This document shows positions 16,073-17,987 of a DNA stretch of 17,987 nt, piece after piece; positions within the stretch are counted from its first letter, which is position 1, and every line of letters begins with the position of its first letter. Under the pieces are notes generated by a model, which worked only from the letters and a program-made list of their open reading frames with translations, did not search any database and was not told where the DNA came from. The stretch comes from Candidatus Thorarchaeota archaeon. GTDB taxonomy: Archaea; Asgardarchaeota; Thorarchaeia; Thorarchaeales; Thorarchaeaceae. A program made the position numbers and the translations under genes. The DNA lies in NCBI GenBank assembly GCA_029858305.1, contig JAOUFI010000046.1, positions 1 through 17,987 on the forward strand, read 5' to 3'.

Positions 16073-16086
16073 AATATAGACTAGTC

Positions 16087-16123
16087 GAAGAGAGCAGCAA
16101 GCTCTCTTCTTCCCTTTATTTTT
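16087..16123 (+). terminator. Hairpin plus pyrimidine/T-tract terminator after the permease
   Basis: Perfect 9-bp stem GAAGAGAGC (16087-16095) / GCTCTCTTC (16101-16109) with a 5-nt loop, followed by TTCCCTTTATTTTT. It lies between convergent genes. Confidence 0.65.
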
Positions 16124-16168
16124 GCGATAGATTATCTATCACGAATTATCAAGAAGTATAGTTATTCT

Positions 16169-17101
16169 CTAGTACTCCTCTACAAAATCTTTGATGGGTG
16201 GAAACTTGTTTCTACTCGCCTTACTGGAAAAGGCTTCAAGTTTGTCCCATGTCCTATGAAACCTAGAAGGAAATGACCAAGGTCTAATCAAAAGATACTC
16301 TTCTACATCATCCGATGAATTATATGTTTCAAGAGCCTTTTCTGCCTCACGACTGAATTCATGCCGTTGGTCATCATCCAAGACTTGTTGTTCGAAGATA
16401 TAGGCGTCTTCTTTCCACTGATATCGAACTGTGAATTCCTCATCGTCACAAAAGACACGGTGTATTAATCTCCATGGCCAGAATGTTGACATTTGCTCCA
16501 ACTGTTCACCGGCTCCATAGAAATCGATTGCCATTCCTTCTTTGCAAAAGACGTAGTCTGGACCACGTTCTCTGAATTTCTTATTCGGTTTTGCCATTCG
16601 CCCTTTCTTAGCCCAATCATAGAACTCCGCTCTAACACGACTATAAACTTCGCAGTGATCTAAGATGTACTTTACTGCAGCCGCGGTACCATGATGGGCA
16701 AGTCCAGGTAGTGACGGTCGGCCAAGACGGTCTTCAATTAACTCACGCACCATCGAAATGTCTTCACTCGGAATTGTTGTCCAAATAGGAAATACGGCTC
16801 TTTCAAATGGTGTAGTATACAGAAACACCATCCCTGCAGTTCCAATAGGCTTCATTCCCTCAGGAAGCTCTTCATCAATAGGCCAGGTTTCTTCGTCCTT
16901 GCAATAATGAACCTCAGCTACTTCAAAAGACACTACTTCCTTCCACTCAGCATCGAAGACTGCCTGATACTCCTTTCTCTTCTTCTGACGTGGCAGTATG
17001 AATCTTGCATATGTAGGATTGATCTGCAATTCATGGCGTGATTTGCTATGGGGGCAGTTTCCAAGATATTCGATATCTGGCAATCTTTCTTCATCCGACA
17101 T
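16169..17101 (-). CDS. Hypothetical soluble protein (possible tandem PH-like domains)
   Basis: Long ORF (310-317 aa) filling the gap between genes, with protein-like composition. Probable start MSDEER at 17101 (ORF track: 17122). No family recognised with certainty. Confidence 0.7.
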   Translation of the reverse strand: MSDEERLPDIEYLGNCPHSKSRHELQINPTYARFILPRQKKRKEYQAVFDAEWKEVVSFEVAEVHYCKDEETWPIDEELPEGMKPIGTAGMVFLYTTPFERAVFPIWTTIPSEDISMVRELIEDRLGRPSLPGLAHHGTAAAVKYILDHCEVYSRVRAEFYDWAKKGRMAKPNKKFRERGPDYVFCKEGMAIDFYGAGEQLEQMSTFWPWRLIHRVFCDDEEFTVRYQWKEDAYIFEQQVLDDDQRHEFSREAEKALETYNSSDDVEEYLLIRPWSFPSRFHRTWDKLEAFSSKASRNKFPPIKDFVEEY

Positions 17102-17234
17102 TGTGATATGACCGCCTTTCATAATAGTAGGTTTATCGATCTGAGATTGGTTTTCGAGGTGCTGTTCTTAAAGGTTCTTAAAAGACTCCACGACCTCACC
17201 TTAAGAATCAAAAGGGTTAAAGGCTTGATACTCG

Positions 17235-17963
17235 GTGGCTCCTAAAAGAGGATATTCCACGATGAGTCAACATCCAAAACGAGAGAGAGAGACCTCTACG
17301 TCTCTAGAAGACTTTGAGTTTGATCCTTCTGAGATTGATTTGAAGTACAGTAAAAACCTAATGACTGTCTTTGATGGCTATCGTATTCATCGGACCTATG
17401 ACCTAGGATTCATTGATAAGGCAATCAACAAAGGCGCTCTTCCAAAGGCGTTCATCCGTCAATGGGGAACAATTAGATCCGTACTTCACAAGTTGGCTGC
17501 TATCGGTCCGAAGGTCCCTGGCGTGGAATCTTGGCTAAACAAGAAGCAATACTTGGCCTTCATATCTATGGCTGTACTTACAATTGTAGCACCATTACTA
17601 TTGCTTACATGGGTGTTTCAATGGGATTTTCTTGTACCATATGCTTTGCCCTTAGCACTTATCGCAGTTGGTCTAATGCTTGTGAATTGGCTTGCCTCAT
17701 CTTGGTTCAATCGCAAGGTGGCATGGGCCATACACTACTATATAGAAGATAATCAGAACCTAGTCGCTAGAGAACGTGTGCTGCTAAAGAAATGGGTCCA
17801 GATTCTAATTCACCATACCGCACGGGTGATGAGAAAAGGTGGATACGATCCTGCTAAGAATTTAGTCAAGTTCTTCAATGACGACTACGTCGGGATAGAA
17901 GTGCTCAAGGTACCTGCTGGTCTTCGAAAGAACTATGTTGTAAAGATTAAGCTAACCGGATGA
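17235..17963 (+). CDS. Hypothetical membrane protein with two central transmembrane helices
   Basis: 242 aa. Hydrophobic hairpin YLAFISMAVLTIVAPLLLLTWVF / FLVPYALPLALIAVGLMLVNWLA flanked by basic soluble domains. Alternative ATG at 17262. Confidence 0.75.
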   Translation: MAPKRGYSTMSQHPKRERETSTSLEDFEFDPSEIDLKYSKNLMTVFDGYRIHRTYDLGFIDKAINKGALPKAFIRQWGTIRSVLHKLAAIGPKVPGVESWLNKKQYLAFISMAVLTIVAPLLLLTWVFQWDFLVPYALPLALIAVGLMLVNWLASSWFNRKVAWAIHYYIEDNQNLVARERVLLKKWVQILIHHTARVMRKGGYDPAKNLVKFFNDDYVGIEVLKVPAGLRKNYVVKIKLTG

Positions 17964-17987
17964 GCTATTCTATAATTTCTGAGAAAA

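Noticed and set aside
69-17752. Numerous 60-130 aa ORFs antisense or out of frame to the main genes (e.g. 69-353, 504-839, 8473-8796, 14755-15147, 15664-16026)
   Set aside because: These are shadow ORFs lying wholly or mostly inside well-supported genes, with no motifs or RBS support.

Overview
Gene-dense archaeal DNA. Ribosomal protein eS26, TATA-like promoters, a SAMP/MoaD-like protein and many TTG starts point to a non-euryarchaeal archaeon, plausibly Asgard (Thorarchaeia-like) or Bathyarchaeia; this assignment is inference. The left two thirds hold a catabolic cluster. On the minus strand, in transcription order: a PLP aminotransferase, an eliminase-type glycyl radical enzyme (GRE), a KDG kinase, a KDPG/KHG aldolase, an SCP2 protein and two tandem FAD-linked oxidoreductase paralogs, the second truncated by the window edge and missing from the ORF track. 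Divergent from it are an ATC-hydrolase/V4R-like gene and an RraA/HMG-aldolase-like gene. Next come rps26e, a URO-D/MtaA-like TIM barrel, a GlcD-like plus GlcF/HdrD-like pair, a ubiquitin-like sulfur carrier, an HTH-Mrr-like protein with an apparently degenerate nuclease site, an APC permease and two hypothetical proteins. The best candidate for a new system is the GRE-kdgK-eda module, which may be a radical-dependent entry into an Entner-Doudoroff-like route. No tRNA, rRNA, CRISPR array or mobile element was seen.
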